Assembly: GCA_036676985.1 (NCBI GenBank)
Contig: JAKFBU010000044.1
Coordinates: 1 to 64,000 of the forward strand
Reading direction: 5' to 3'
Source of the DNA: Candidatus Sericytochromatia bacterium
Lineage (GTDB): Bacteria; Cyanobacteriota; Sericytochromatia; S15B-MN24; UBA4093
DNA length: 64,000 nucleotides
Part shown: piece by piece, positions 20,285 through 31,298 of the stretch
How the letters are laid out: each line of letters opens with the position of its first letter
How positions within the stretch are numbered: the stretch's first letter is position 1
The notes under the pieces: model-generated
The model's input: the letters and a program-made list of their open reading frames with translations, nothing else
Told to the model about the DNA's origin: nothing
The model's database searches: none
Translations under genes and position numbers: made by a program

Positions 20285-21220
20285 TCAGACCGGAGGCTGG
20301 CCCGGTCGGTTCATGGTGTCCGTTGTCGCTTGCTCGGTGACCGTCTCCGGCATGCGCGTGACGTTCATGCGCGTGGGGATGGCCGCCGTCGAGCGGATGC
20401 CCACCACGTCCTCGCTCAGCATGCGGTTGGGGATGAGCGAGGTGCCCTCCGGCGTCCGCAGGCTGGTCATGCTGGGTCCGATCATGACGACCTCGCCCGT
20501 GATCACGTTGCCCTCCAGGTCCCGCACGGAGATGGTGTCGCCCGTCTGGACCACCATCTTGAGCCCCGCGCTCACGGCCAGATCCTCGGCCTGCCGCCGG
20601 AGGCCCAGGCCGAAGGCGATGGCCGCCGCCAGGGCCACGGACCCGATGAGCGCCGTGAAGAGCGTCTGCACCAGGGCCGGGGCGATGTTGAGCTGGCTGA
20701 GGGCCGCGAGGCCCGCGAAGACCATGACGGCCCAGTAGGCGATCCGGCCCAGGAGGTGCGACCCGGAGACCGGGGCCGCCTTGACCAGGTTGCCTACGAA
20801 GCTCGCGAGCACCGCGCCGAACCCCACGATCAGGATCGCCGCGATCACGTTCGGGATGTAGGCGATGACCGACGTCAGGGCCGCGGTGACCTGGGGCAGG
20901 CCGAGCGCGTCCGAGGCGACCAGGATGGCCACCAGGAAGACGCCCCACTTGACCAGATTGGCGACGAGGTTGCTCGGCTCGAGGCGCATGCCCGAGCGGG
21001 CGATCGCCTCGTCCATGTGCGCCTTGGCCATCCAGCGGTCGAAGTGGATGGCGTCAAGCGCGCGGTCCGTGAGCTTGCCCAGGAGGCTCGCGATCCCCCA
21101 GCCGACGAGCAGGATGACGATGGCCCCGAGTAGGTTGGGAATCCACCCCAGTAGGTTCGTCAGGGCGACGGCGGTCGCCGCCCATGCGGCGGCGCCCCAG
21201 CCGGTGATTTGTTCAGGCAT
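20285..21220 (-). CDS. CmpX-like TM-helix repeat mechanosensitive channel protein
   Basis: IPNLLGAIVIL and IPNVIAAILI repeats; AFGLG; IPNR. Confidence 0.85.
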   Translation of the reverse strand: MPEQITGWGAAAWAATAVALTNLLGWIPNLLGAIVILLVGWGIASLLGKLTDRALDAIHFDRWMAKAHMDEAIARSGMRLEPSNLVANLVKWGVFLVAILVASDALGLPQVTAALTSVIAYIPNVIAAILIVGFGAVLASFVGNLVKAAPVSGSHLLGRIAYWAVMVFAGLAALSQLNIAPALVQTLFTALIGSVALAAAIAFGLGLRRQAEDLAVSAGLKMVVQTGDTISVRDLEGNVITGEVVMIGPSMTSLRTPEGTSLIPNRMLSEDVVGIRSTAAIPTRMNVTRMPETVTEQATTDTMNRPGQPPV

Positions 21221-21240
21221 TTCGCTCCTCCTTCAGGCCC

Positions 21241-21585
21241 CTAGTGGCCCAGACCGGGTTCGCGCCCCGCGTTCTCGGAGGTCTCGGCGATCTGCTCCTG
21301 AGCCCGCATGGCTGCCTCGTCCGCCAGGCGCCGGGCCCGCTCGAGGCTCTCGCTGGTCTGGCCCTTGAAGCGGGTCGTCAGCTCGTCGGCCCGCTCCTGG
21401 CTGCTGCGCACCAGCTCCGTGATGCGCACGCGGCCCTGCCGGATCTGGTCCTGCGTCCGGCCCTGCAGATCCCCCACGTTGGTGCGCAACCGGCGCCTCG
21501 TCTCGGTGCCGGTCAGCGGGGCCCACAACAGGGCAGCCCCCGCCCCCAGGACCGCTCCGAGCAACGTCGCGGACCACCGGTTCAT
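21241..21585 (-). CDS. YtxH-domain general stress protein
   Basis: GAVLGAGAALLWAPLTGTETRRRL; AGGAGG RBS. Confidence 0.85.
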   Translation of the reverse strand: MNRWSATLLGAVLGAGAALLWAPLTGTETRRRLRTNVGDLQGRTQDQIRQGRVRITELVRSSQERADELTTRFKGQTSESLERARRLADEAAMRAQEQIAETSENAGREPGLGH

Positions 21586-21643
21586 ACCGACCTCCTTTCG
21601 TCTGCCATGAGAGAAGGCGGGGCGCTGCGGCCCCGCCTCGCCG

Positions 21644-21919
21644 CTAGTAGCCGCGGCGATGGCCCACCTGGCCCGAGATGAGCGAGTAGAGCCAGACCAC
21701 CAAGGCCGCCCCGATGATCGAGGGGATGATGGCCAGGCCACCGATCTCGGGGCCCGACGGGATGTTCAGGAGCCCGAACAGGTATCCGCCCACGGCCGAC
21801 CCCACCAGGCCCGCGATGATCGCGCCGACCCAGCCGCCCGGGATCGTGCCCGGGGCCAGGGCGTCTCCGATGAAGCCCGCAATGGCCGCTACCAACAGCA
21901 TCACCAAGAAACCCAACAC
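21644..21919 (-). CDS. GlsB/YeaQ/YmgE family stress membrane protein
   Basis: IIAGLVGSAVGG...IIPSIIGA. Confidence 0.88.
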   Translation of the reverse strand: MLGFLVMLLVAAIAGFIGDALAPGTIPGGWVGAIIAGLVGSAVGGYLFGLLNIPSGPEIGGLAIIPSIIGAALVVWLYSLISGQVGHRRGY

Positions 21920-22082
21920 GCTGGCACCTCCCTCCCGTTTCCCCGGCCCGAGGTGAAAACCGCACCGTCAGGCCAGACGAACGATTTTGTTAAGAATCGT
22001 AACGACCTTAGCACGGTGCCCCATGGGCTGCAACCCTTGATTTGCAGGCCGATGAGGCGGATGAGGCGCTCGGGAGGCAGGA

Positions 22083-23144
22083 TCAGCGGCTTCCCACCCG
22101 CGGGGGGCGGGCGTTTGCCCTCTTCCCCAGGACCTGCTCGTAGACCTTGAGGTAGCCTTCCACCATGGCCTGGGCGCTGAAATGCCGCTCCACCCAGCGG
22201 CGGCACGCGGTGGGCGAGAATTGGTGCGTGCGCTGCACCCCCTCGATGAGGCCGTCGAAGTCGTCGGCGATCCAGCCGGTGACGGCATGGGACACCACCT
22301 CCGGCACCGAGCCCCAGCGCGTCGCGATGACGGGCGTGCCGCAGGCCATGGCCTCGATCATGACCAGGCCGAAGGGCTCGGGCCACTGGATGGGGAAGAC
22401 CAGGCACCGGGCCCGGGCCAGGAGGTCCCACTTGGGCTGGCCGCTCACCTCTCCGACGTAGCGGATCTGGTCGTCGAGATGCGGGGCCACCTGGGCTTCG
22501 AAGTACCCGCGATCCACCGGATCGACCTTGCCCGCGAGCACGAGCGGCTGCCGCAGCAGCCTGGCGAGCGCGATGGCCGTGTGCGTCCCCTTGGCCTCGC
22601 AGAGCCGACCGAGGAAGAGCAGGTAGTCGTCCTTCTTGCGCTCGACCCTGGGAGCCTGGAGGTCGATGCCGTTGTAGACGGTGCCCACGTAGTTGAGCTC
22701 GGGGCAGCGCCGCGCCTGCGCCGCCGAGATGGCCACGTAGCGGTGCTGGGCATGCTGCGTGTAGAGGGCGCGGCGCGCCGGCGTGAAGTCGTTGTGGATG
22801 GTCGTGAGCACCGGCGGCCGGACCGTGGCGGCCCGGAGCACGCCCTGGGTCTTCGTATGATCATGGATCAGATCGAAGTCCTGCGCCTGGGCGAAGGCCC
22901 AGGCCGCGTGCTGATCCTCCAGGGGCTGATAGGTGTCCTTGGTGTCGAAGCCGAGCGGGGTCAGGGCCTGCGGAAAGCAGCTCCGCAACTCGGCGGTGGT
23001 CCGGGAGTCCCCCGAGGCGAACAGCGTGACGGCGTGGCCCCGCTCCATGAGCCCCTCTGCCAGTTGCGCGATGACCAGCTCCGTTCCCCCGTATCCGGCG
23101 GGCGGGACCGGCAGGGCCACCGGGGCAATCAAGGCAATTCGCAC
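22083..23144 (-). CDS. Glycosyltransferase family 4
   Basis: VPPAGYGGTE; EPFGLVMIEAMACGTPV. Confidence 0.92.
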   Translation of the reverse strand: MRIALIAPVALPVPPAGYGGTELVIAQLAEGLMERGHAVTLFASGDSRTTAELRSCFPQALTPLGFDTKDTYQPLEDQHAAWAFAQAQDFDLIHDHTKTQGVLRAATVRPPVLTTIHNDFTPARRALYTQHAQHRYVAISAAQARRCPELNYVGTVYNGIDLQAPRVERKKDDYLLFLGRLCEAKGTHTAIALARLLRQPLVLAGKVDPVDRGYFEAQVAPHLDDQIRYVGEVSGQPKWDLLARARCLVFPIQWPEPFGLVMIEAMACGTPVIATRWGSVPEVVSHAVTGWIADDFDGLIEGVQRTHQFSPTACRRWVERHFSAQAMVEGYLKVYEQVLGKRANARPPRVGSR

Positions 23145-23366
23145 GAGCGGATCCTCCCGGATCGATCGGATTCCGCCTTCGAGAGACGTGTCCGGCCTGG
23201 AAAAACGCCCCCCAGCATAGGCAACGCGTAACGGATTGTAAAGGACTGCTCGTCTGACCTCCAAAGCGGCCTGGCGACGGTTGTTCGGCGTCGCGGAGGT
23301 GTGCTAAGTTGGTGGCGCCTTTTCTTAATGTTTCGTTACAAATAACCCGCTCCGCAACGCGTCCCG

Positions 23367-25037
23367 ATGATGGCCAGAAGACGCAGCAGGTGCGAGGGCA
23401 GCGTCGCCCGGACGGCCGAACGCGATGAAAGGGAGGCTTTGGTGAGACGGATGACGACCGGTTGGAATCCCTCAGACTACCGCCAGGCGATCGAGGGACT
23501 CTGCCAGGAGCGGCTCGCGGGGATCAACCTGATCCTCGCCTCGAACCGCGGTCCGGTGGAGTTTCGCCGCGAAGCGGATGGCCGGGTGTTCTACCGGCGC
23601 GGCCAGGGGGGCCTGGTCACGGCCATGAACTCCATGGTGCAGTGCGTCGATACCACCTGGGTCGCCTCGCCGCTGAGCCCCGACGATGCGCAGGTGGCGC
23701 ATCAGTACGGGGAGCGTCTGGTGGTGCCCATGGGCAGCCGGAAGCTGCACGTGGCCTTCGTGAACAGCGAGGCCGAGCGCTTCCGCATGTTCTACGACGA
23801 CATCTCCAACTCCTTGTTGTGGTTCCTGCAGCACGGGATCACCCATGCGCCGGAGCACCCGGAGTTCGACGAGCAAACCTGGCAGGCCTGGGAGGCCTAC
23901 CGCCAGGTGAACCTGGAGTTCGCCCGGGAGATCGCCCGGATCGCCCGCCAGAAGGAGGGCCGCCCGGTCATCATGGTGCAGGACTACCACCTGTATTTGG
24001 TGCCGCTGTTCCTGCGGCGCATGCTGCCGGAGGCGATCCTGCACCACTTCACGCACATCTCCTGGCCCTCGCCCGAGGCGTGGCTCCAGCTGCCGGGGGC
24101 GGTGCGCGAGGAGATCCTCAAGAGCCTCCTCAGCTGCGACATCGTGGGCTTCCATACGCCGCGCTACGTCAAGAACTTCCTCTTGACCTGCGAGGACCTG
24201 CTCGACGTGGAGGCCGACCTGCGCTCCCGGACCGTTCCCTTCCAGGGGCGTCGGGTGCGGGTCCATGCCTACCCCATCTCCATCGATCCGCAGGAGCTCG
24301 CCGCGTTCGCCGACTCCGACCCGGTACGGGAGCACGAGCGGAAGCTCCAGGACGCGCGCATCCACCAGACGATCAACATCGTCCAGGTGGCGCGCACGGA
24401 CCCGAGCAAGAACATCCTGCGATCGCTCAAGGCCTACGACCTGTTCCTCAACCGGCACCCGCAGTACCACGGCAAGGTCCGGTTCTGGGGGATCCTGCCC
24501 GCGAGCCGGCAGGGCTCGGACCGCTACCGGGACTACCTGGACAAGCTCAAGGCCACGGCCGAGGCCATCAACAAGCGTCACCGGCGCTGGGGCTGGCAGC
24601 CCATCGAGCTGTTTCTCGACAACTCGTACGCCCGTGCCGTCGCCGTGATGAAGCACTACGACGTGCTCATCGTCAACTCGATCGCCGACGGCATGAACCT
24701 GGTCGCCAAGGAAGGCCCCATCGTCAACGAGCGCGCGGGCGTCCTCATGCTCTCCGAGACCACCGGGGCCTGCGAGGAGCTGGGCGACGGGTCCATCGGC
24801 GTGAACCCCTTCGACCTGGTGGGCATGGCGGACTGCCTCAAGCAGGCCCTCACCATGCCGCTGCCGCAGCGCCAGCGCCTGCAGGACATCCTGCGATCGC
24901 GCATCGACGCCAATCCGGTCCACCGGTGGGTCTACGAGCAGCTCGTGGACGTCCTGGACCTCGTCGAGGCGCCGGGCCTGCGGGTGTGGATCTCGCCGTT
25001 CTACCAGGAGGGGAAAGTGTCGAGGGAAGAGGCCTAG
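23367..25037 (+). CDS. otsA: GT20 trehalose-6-phosphate synthase-like protein
   Basis: GGLVTA, QDYHL, RTDPSKN, DGMNLVAKE; true start may be 23442 or 23451. Confidence 0.85.
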   Translation: MMARRRSRCEGSVARTAERDEREALVRRMTTGWNPSDYRQAIEGLCQERLAGINLILASNRGPVEFRREADGRVFYRRGQGGLVTAMNSMVQCVDTTWVASPLSPDDAQVAHQYGERLVVPMGSRKLHVAFVNSEAERFRMFYDDISNSLLWFLQHGITHAPEHPEFDEQTWQAWEAYRQVNLEFAREIARIARQKEGRPVIMVQDYHLYLVPLFLRRMLPEAILHHFTHISWPSPEAWLQLPGAVREEILKSLLSCDIVGFHTPRYVKNFLLTCEDLLDVEADLRSRTVPFQGRRVRVHAYPISIDPQELAAFADSDPVREHERKLQDARIHQTINIVQVARTDPSKNILRSLKAYDLFLNRHPQYHGKVRFWGILPASRQGSDRYRDYLDKLKATAEAINKRHRRWGWQPIELFLDNSYARAVAVMKHYDVLIVNSIADGMNLVAKEGPIVNERAGVLMLSETTGACEELGDGSIGVNPFDLVGMADCLKQALTMPLPQRQRLQDILRSRIDANPVHRWVYEQLVDVLDLVEAPGLRVWISPFYQEGKVSREEA

Positions 25038-25038
25038 C

Positions 25039-25878
25039 ATGACGACCCTGCATGACATCGATCGAGCGGCCATGGAGCGCCGCCTCCTGGAGTTGGGGCT
25101 GGCGGGCGTCACGCCCAACACCCGGGACGCCAACCTGCGGGCCATCCGCATGATGCTCGACGGCACCCAGTTCTACACCTTCGGCATCCACAAGGTCGCG
25201 GACGCCCTGGCCCGCGGCATGCTGGACGAGGCGGGCGTGGTCGCCCTCATGGCCCGGGCCAACGGCCTCGCGTCGCCCGCGGAGTTCCTGGGCGACTTCG
25301 GCGTCATCCGGGAAGCGGCCGCCTTCGACGGCCTGGTCCGGGCCGCGCGCCTCTTTCGGCGCTGCGTGCTCTCCAAGGCGACCCTGGCCTTCGGGACGGG
25401 CCATCCGGGCTCCATGCTCACCTACTACAACCGCCTGGCCGCCTACGCCCGCTCTCACGGCTGCACCGTGGCGCTGGGCGAGGTCGGCTCGAAGGTGGGG
25501 GTGGACTGGTACCTGGACCACGTGGGCGACGTGGCCGTCACGAGCGACTACTGCGGCGTGCTGCACGGCCACTCGACCCGGCCCATGGACGCGGTCATCG
25601 AAACGTTCGGCAAGCCCATCGACCTGATCGTCGGGGACCACGGCCACGCGGGCTCGGCCATCAACCACGAGATCGCGTGCATCGCGGTCATGGACACCAA
25701 CGACCCGGCCCTCGAGGTGGCCAACCACCTCGAGGTGGAGAACCTGGTGGTGGTGCCCCTCTACGACAACCGCCCCAACTTCGTCACGGCCCAGCTCGCG
25801 GATCTCTTCCTCGCCTTGGTCGAGGCCCTGGACGAGGTCCCTCAGGCGGTCGGCATCACCTTCGACCACGCCCGCTGA
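25039..25878 (+). CDS. Uncharacterised phosphatase-family protein (GHP / DHG / DxND motifs)
   Basis: GTGHPGS, HSTRPM, DLIVGDHG, DTNDPAL; starts 1 nt after the otsA stop. Confidence 0.7.
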   Translation: MTTLHDIDRAAMERRLLELGLAGVTPNTRDANLRAIRMMLDGTQFYTFGIHKVADALARGMLDEAGVVALMARANGLASPAEFLGDFGVIREAAAFDGLVRAARLFRRCVLSKATLAFGTGHPGSMLTYYNRLAAYARSHGCTVALGEVGSKVGVDWYLDHVGDVAVTSDYCGVLHGHSTRPMDAVIETFGKPIDLIVGDHGHAGSAINHEIACIAVMDTNDPALEVANHLEVENLVVVPLYDNRPNFVTAQLADLFLALVEALDEVPQAVGITFDHAR

Positions 25879-25906
25879 GGCGCCCTGTGGTAAGATGGGA
25901 GCCCGC

Positions 25907-25979
25907 GGGCGGTTAGCTCAGTTGGTAGAGCGCCTCGTTTACACCGAGGTGGTCGCGGGTTCGAGTCCCCCACCGCCCA
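25907..25979 (+). tRNA. tRNA-Val(TAC); CCA not encoded
   Basis: Acceptor gggcggt/accgccc; anticodon arm cctcg-ttTACac-cgagg; TTCGA T-loop. Confidence 0.95.
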
Positions 25980-26022
25980 CTGCTTGGAGCGCCCGCCGAT
26001 AGACCGGCGGGCGCTCTGGTGT

Positions 26023-26508
26023 TCAGTCGGTCATCCCGGTGGCCAGGCTGCGGGCCTCTTCGGAGGTGATCAGGCGATTCAGCTCGAGGAGGATGATGAG
26101 GCGATCCTCCAGCTTCCCGACCCCCTTGAAGTAGGCGGTGTCCACGCCGCCGCTGACCATCTCGGGCGTCGGCTCGACGGCCTCCGAGGCGAGGCGCAGG
26201 ACCTCGCGCACGGCGTCGACGATGATCCCGATGGTCTTGCCCAGGACCTCCACGATGATGATCCGCGTGGCCTTGGTCGGCTCGAGGGGGGGCATCCCGA
26301 AGCGCTTCCTCAGATCGATGACCGGCACGATCTTGCCCCGCAGATTGATCACCCCCTCCACGAAGGAGGGGGCCCGGGGGACCCGGGTCACGGTCGACAT
26401 CCGCACGATCTCCTGGACCGAGGCGATGTCCACGCCGTACTCTTCCTCGCCGAGCTTGAAGCTGGCCAGTTGCAGCAGGCTGCTGCTCTTCTCGAGCGTC
26501 GCTTCCAT
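26023..26508 (-). CDS. cheW: Chemotaxis coupling protein CheW
   Basis: YGVDIASVQEI; GVINLRGKIVPVIDL. Confidence 0.95.
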   Translation of the reverse strand: MEATLEKSSSLLQLASFKLGEEEYGVDIASVQEIVRMSTVTRVPRAPSFVEGVINLRGKIVPVIDLRKRFGMPPLEPTKATRIIIVEVLGKTIGIIVDAVREVLRLASEAVEPTPEMVSGGVDTAYFKGVGKLEDRLIILLELNRLITSEEARSLATGMTD

Positions 26509-26510
26509 CG

Positions 26511-28562
26511 CTAGAACCTCGCGGGGATCGAGAGGGGCTTGGCGGCCCCGATGCGCACCTCGACCCGGGAGCCTTGATCCAGCTTGAAGAAGGCCATGGC
26601 CTGCTGCAAGCGGCGGGCCTGCTCGCTGAGATCGTCGGCGGCCCGGCTGACCTGCTCGGTGGCCGTGGCGGCTTCCTGCGAGCTCTTGGAGAGGCTCTCG
26701 ACGGCGAGCACCACCTGATCGGCGCCTTGCCGCTGCTCGGTGGTGGCGTAGGTGACGGTCTGCGTGAGCTGGTTCATCTCGCCGACGGCCCCGGTGACCT
26801 GCTGGTTGATGGCGGCCATCTGCTCGGCGGCCGTCACGATCTGCGCGCTGGAACGGGCCTGCTCGCTGGCGGCGGCCGCCACCTCGTTGAGCATGGTGGT
26901 GACCTGCACCACCGCCGCCTTGATCTTGATCAGGGCCTCGTTGGTGTGAGCCGCCAGCTGGGTGCCCTCCTGGACCTTGGCGGCCCCTTCCTGGGTGGCG
27001 CCGACGGCCTGCTGGGTCTCCTTCTGGATGCCCTTGATGAGGTCTCCGATCTCCTTGGTCGCCTTGGCCGAGCGCTCGGCGAGCTTTCGGACCTCGTCGG
27101 CGACCACCGCGAAGCCGCGGCCCGCCTCGCCGGCACGCGCCGCCTCGATGGCGGCGTTCAAGGCCAGGAGGTTGGTCTGCTCGGCGATGTCGTCGATGAC
27201 CTCGATGATCGAGCCGATCTCGGCCGAGCGCTCGTCGAGCACCCGGATGGTCTGCTGGATGCCGTGCATGGTCTCGTCGATGGAGGCCATACCTGCGGTG
27301 GTCTTGGTGACGGCGTCTTCGCCGGCAGTTGCGGCGAGCGCGGCCTCGCTGGCCATCTCGTTGGCATGGCCCACGTTGCCCGCGACCTGCTGGATGGAGG
27401 CCGCCAGCTCCGTGATGGAGCTCGAGGTCTGGGTGACGGCGGCCGCGAGCTCGTCGGCCTGGCTGCGGACCAGCGTGACGCGGTTGCCCAGGGTCTGGGC
27501 GCTCTGATCCACCGACTTGATGTTGGAGGCCATCTCCTCCATGGCGGCCGACGTCTCCTCGGCGCTCGAGGCCTGGACCGAGACGGTCCGCGAGAGCTCG
27601 GTGCTGGAGCTTGCGATCTGGACGGACCCGGCGCTCACGGCCTCTGCCGAGGCGCGGACCTGGCCGACCACCTCCCGGAGGCTCGCGATCATCTGGGCGA
27701 CGGCGTTGCCGAACTGGTCCCGGGGGCTCTTGGGCGTGACGTCGCGGGTGAGGTCGCCCTGACTCATGGCCTCGGACACGCCGGCGACTTCCTTGAGGTA
27801 GGCGATCATGTCCTGGAAGGTCCTGGCCATGTCCCCCAGCTCGTCGTTGGTCCGGACGTCCACGTTCTGGTCGAGCTCGCCCTGGGCGATGCCCGCGGCC
27901 GCCTTGGCGATGGTCTGGACGCTCCGGGTGATCTGGCGCGAGAGCCACAGGCCGAGGCCGATCGAGGCCAGGACGACCAGGACGAGGACGGCGATGGTCA
28001 CGCGCAGGGCGGTGCCGTAATCGTCGGCCGAGCGCTTGCTGGCGGCCGCGCCGTTGTCCACGTTGTACTTGAGCAACGCGGCGACGGCTTTGTTGACCTC
28101 GAAGAAGTCGGCCGCGGCCTGCTCGGAGTTGAGGCGGACGGCCTCCTGCTTTCGGCCGGCGCGACTGAGGGCGAGGACCTCGTCGACGCGCCTGAGGTAG
28201 TCCCCGTAGGGCCTCGTGATGTCCTCGAACATGGCGCGCTCGTGCGGCGAGGTGATGGTGGGGTCGTAGAGGTCCCGGTAGTGCTCGAACTCGTTACGCA
28301 TCGACTTGAACTGCTCCTCCTGCTTGGCCATGCCGGCCGCGTCGCTATCGAGCAGGTGGCGCAGCGTGAGCCGCTGCAACTCGGTGATGTCGCTCTTCAT
28401 GTAGCCGAGATACGAGGTGGCTACGAGCCAGTTGTCTGCGATCTCGCGGGTCGCGCCGTTCACCTTCTGGAGCTGGCCGATGGCGAAGACGCCCATGCAC
28501 AGGGCCAAGAGGGCGACGGTGAGGAATCCACCGATGAGCTTTTTTCCGACGGTTAGCCTCAT
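26511..28562 (-). CDS. Methyl-accepting chemotaxis protein (4HB sensor, HAMP)
   Basis: MCP signalling hairpin; 2 TM; paralog of the MCP at 5457. Confidence 0.95.
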   Translation of the reverse strand: MRLTVGKKLIGGFLTVALLALCMGVFAIGQLQKVNGATREIADNWLVATSYLGYMKSDITELQRLTLRHLLDSDAAGMAKQEEQFKSMRNEFEHYRDLYDPTITSPHERAMFEDITRPYGDYLRRVDEVLALSRAGRKQEAVRLNSEQAAADFFEVNKAVAALLKYNVDNGAAASKRSADDYGTALRVTIAVLVLVVLASIGLGLWLSRQITRSVQTIAKAAAGIAQGELDQNVDVRTNDELGDMARTFQDMIAYLKEVAGVSEAMSQGDLTRDVTPKSPRDQFGNAVAQMIASLREVVGQVRASAEAVSAGSVQIASSSTELSRTVSVQASSAEETSAAMEEMASNIKSVDQSAQTLGNRVTLVRSQADELAAAVTQTSSSITELAASIQQVAGNVGHANEMASEAALAATAGEDAVTKTTAGMASIDETMHGIQQTIRVLDERSAEIGSIIEVIDDIAEQTNLLALNAAIEAARAGEAGRGFAVVADEVRKLAERSAKATKEIGDLIKGIQKETQQAVGATQEGAAKVQEGTQLAAHTNEALIKIKAAVVQVTTMLNEVAAAASEQARSSAQIVTAAEQMAAINQQVTGAVGEMNQLTQTVTYATTEQRQGADQVVLAVESLSKSSQEAATATEQVSRAADDLSEQARRLQQAMAFFKLDQGSRVEVRIGAAKPLSIPARF

Positions 28563-28912
28563 GCTGCGGGGTACTCCTTTCTTGATAAGTTGTCCAAAAG
28601 ATCATTAACAAGTCAATAATGCTAAACATAGCATATTAATAACCGCCTCATGGTCGTGTGGTTGCTCGGGACCCGTGAGGATTGCGTCAGCAAGGACGGG
28701 TAGACCGCGTGAGTCGAATGAAGGGTTGGGATAGGGGCTGCCGACTCTACCGGGGCACATTCGATCCCCGTTGCGTTTGGGGTCACGCAAATAGCGCACC
28801 CATGGCGTCGAGATGAGTCATGGGGACGTCATCCGGCGAAACAATAAGGGTTTCGAAAGGCTATAACTTTCTAATGAGTGGGCGTTCCCCGGGCCCACGC
28901 GCCGACGCGGTC

Positions 28913-31252
28913 CTAGGGGCTGATGGGCAGGGTGAGCGTGAAGCGGCTGCCCTTGCCGATCTCGCTCTCGACCTCGAGCGACCCCCCGTGCAGCTCGGCG
29001 AGCTTGCGGGCGATGGGGAGCCCCAGCCCCAGGCCCCCGCGGCGGCGGGTGTCGCCGATGGCGAGCTGGCCGAAGGGCGCCCAGACCCGCGGGATCTCCT
29101 CTGGCGCGAGGCCCGGGCCCTCATCCCAGACGCATACCGAGACCCGGCCATCGACCGGCCGGACCTGCACGCCGAAGGCGCGGCCCTCGGGCGTGAACTT
29201 GCAGGCGTTGTCGATGAGCTCGACCAGGATCTGGGTGAGGCGCCGCGGGTCGGCCACCACCGGCGGGGTCGCGGGGTCGATCTCGACCCGCAGCGGGTGA
29301 TGGTGCCTCGTTTGGCAGGCCTGCGTGATGTGGCTCGCCGTCGCCACCACCTCCGGCAGGTAGACCTCCACCTTGTAGAGCGGGAGGGTTCCGCTCAGGA
29401 GCGCGCTGTAGTCGAGCATGCTGTCGATGTGCTCCTGGAGGCGGCGGGCGCCGTCCTGGATGCCTGCCACGAGCTCCTCACCGGGGTACTTGTCCTCCAG
29501 GAGCTCGCTGTAGCCGACGATGATCGACAGGGGCGTCTTCATCTCGTGGGAGAGCGTCGAGAGGAAGTGGTCCTTGAGCCGGTCGAGCTCGGTGGCCTTC
29601 TTGAGCTCTGCCGTGCGCATGGCGATCTCCTCCATGGCCTTCCGGCGGTCGGTGATGTTGCGGATGATGGCGAGCATGGCCTCCTTGCCCCCGAAGCTGA
29701 TGGGGCTCGCCGTCGTCTCCACGTCCACGGTGCTGCCGTCCAGGCGCACCATCTTCTTCTCGAACATGACCATCGGGTGGCCCCCGGCCCGGGCCTTGCC
29801 CATCTCCTCGCGGAAGGCCTGGACGTAGTCCGGGTGCACGAACTCGGTCAACGCGCGGCCGATGAGCGCTCCGGCGTCCTGGGCCCCGATGAGCCGGGCG
29901 CCCGCTGGGTTCACGAAGATGAGCCTGCCGTCCATGTCGACCATGATGGCCTCGGGCGAGAGCTCGACCAGCCGACGGTAGCGCTCCTCGCTCTCGCGCA
30001 GGGCGAACTCGGCCTCCACGCGCTCGGTCACGTCGCGGCTGACGACCAGCATGGCCTCGATCTCTCCGCTGTCGGCGGGCACGTCCTGGATGGTACTCTC
30101 CAGCCAGCGGACGGCGCCGTCCTTGCGACGCATGCGGTACCGGATCCGGAGCGTGGTGGGCTTTGCGAGCAGCTGGCGGCGGGCCTCCTCGATCACGGGC
30201 AGGTCGGCCTCGAGGATGAGCCGGCGCGGGGAGGTGCCCACGAGCTCGTCGGGGCGATAGCCGAGCAGCTTCTCGGAGGCAGGTGAGACGTACAGGTAGG
30301 TCCCGTCGGTCGCGTTCATGGTCAGCAGATCGCTGGAGTACTCGGCGACCAGTCGATAGCGAGCCTCGCTTTCCTTGAGGGCCGTCTCGGCCTCTTGGCG
30401 ATCGGCCTCGGTCCGGTCGAGCGTCTCGACGCTCCAGAGCACGAGCCCGATGCCCGCGAGGCCCATGAGCAGGGTGATGAGTGCGGTCCCCGTGGCCGGC
30501 CCGAAGAGTCCCGCGTGCTCGCCCAGGAGCCGCAGCCACCCCAGGAGCAGGGGAGCCCAGAACGCGGCCGGGGCGAGGCGCCTCAGCACGGAGCTTCCGA
30601 GCGAGTTGCGGCTGAACTTGATCATCATGCCCCGCTCGGGCCGAGCGCAGAGCACGCCGACGGCGAGCAAGGCGAGCATGAGGGCCACGATCAGGGGCAT
30701 GCCCATGGGGGGTTCGGGCCACAGGTCGAACGCATAGCCGATTAGGGCGATGTACGGCAGCATGAGGGAGCTGACGGCGAACCACTCGGCCGGAAAGCCG
30801 TGGTGAGGGGGTTCGAGGTCCAGGGTCAGCAGCGCGAGGCCGAGCAGGAAGAGGCAGAGGGACGTCGCCAGGGCCGGAAGGGGCAGCGATGGGGCGGCGG
30901 CGCGGAACGCCACCCCCAGCCCACCGTAGATCGTGGGGGCCCACGCGAGGGCTCGTGGCAGGAACCTCGGGAGGGGGCGCCGGGCCAGGCCAGGGAAGAG
31001 GGAGAGGCCCGCGGCGACGAGACTCAGGAGCGTCAAGGGTTGGAACGCGAAGTAGTGGCTGCGCGTGGGCTCGGGAACTTGCGGCCAGAGCCCGAGAGCC
31101 AGCCCTGCGATGATGCCGACCGCGAGCCCCACGCCTTGCGAGAAGGCACGGAAGCGCAGCGTGAGGACAGGGCAGGCCAGTGGAACCATGGCGACCTCGC
31201 GGTGGCATGTCACTCCGCCCTCAGCGTAACGTGCCGCCGGGTCCTCCGCCAT
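28913..31252 (-). CDS. Membrane PAS-PAS sensor histidine kinase
   Basis: Multiple TM; two PAS domains; SHEMKTPL; GLGLGL. Confidence 0.92.
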   Translation of the reverse strand: MAEDPAARYAEGGVTCHREVAMVPLACPVLTLRFRAFSQGVGLAVGIIAGLALGLWPQVPEPTRSHYFAFQPLTLLSLVAAGLSLFPGLARRPLPRFLPRALAWAPTIYGGLGVAFRAAAPSLPLPALATSLCLFLLGLALLTLDLEPPHHGFPAEWFAVSSLMLPYIALIGYAFDLWPEPPMGMPLIVALMLALLAVGVLCARPERGMMIKFSRNSLGSSVLRRLAPAAFWAPLLLGWLRLLGEHAGLFGPATGTALITLLMGLAGIGLVLWSVETLDRTEADRQEAETALKESEARYRLVAEYSSDLLTMNATDGTYLYVSPASEKLLGYRPDELVGTSPRRLILEADLPVIEEARRQLLAKPTTLRIRYRMRRKDGAVRWLESTIQDVPADSGEIEAMLVVSRDVTERVEAEFALRESEERYRRLVELSPEAIMVDMDGRLIFVNPAGARLIGAQDAGALIGRALTEFVHPDYVQAFREEMGKARAGGHPMVMFEKKMVRLDGSTVDVETTASPISFGGKEAMLAIIRNITDRRKAMEEIAMRTAELKKATELDRLKDHFLSTLSHEMKTPLSIIVGYSELLEDKYPGEELVAGIQDGARRLQEHIDSMLDYSALLSGTLPLYKVEVYLPEVVATASHITQACQTRHHHPLRVEIDPATPPVVADPRRLTQILVELIDNACKFTPEGRAFGVQVRPVDGRVSVCVWDEGPGLAPEEIPRVWAPFGQLAIGDTRRRGGLGLGLPIARKLAELHGGSLEVESEIGKGSRFTLTLPISP

Positions 31253-31298
31253 CGCGGGACGGCGAAAAACCTGTTCATTTTATGGCGGTGGTTGATCT

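Noticed and set aside
25907-25979. tRNA-Val as an integration site; C-C mismatch in its T-stem
   Set aside because: No integrase or duplicated tRNA 3' end was seen, and a single stem mismatch is tolerated.
28600-28860. Riboswitch (e.g. c-di-GMP) upstream of the MCP-cheW operon
   Set aside because: No recognisable consensus on the coding strand.
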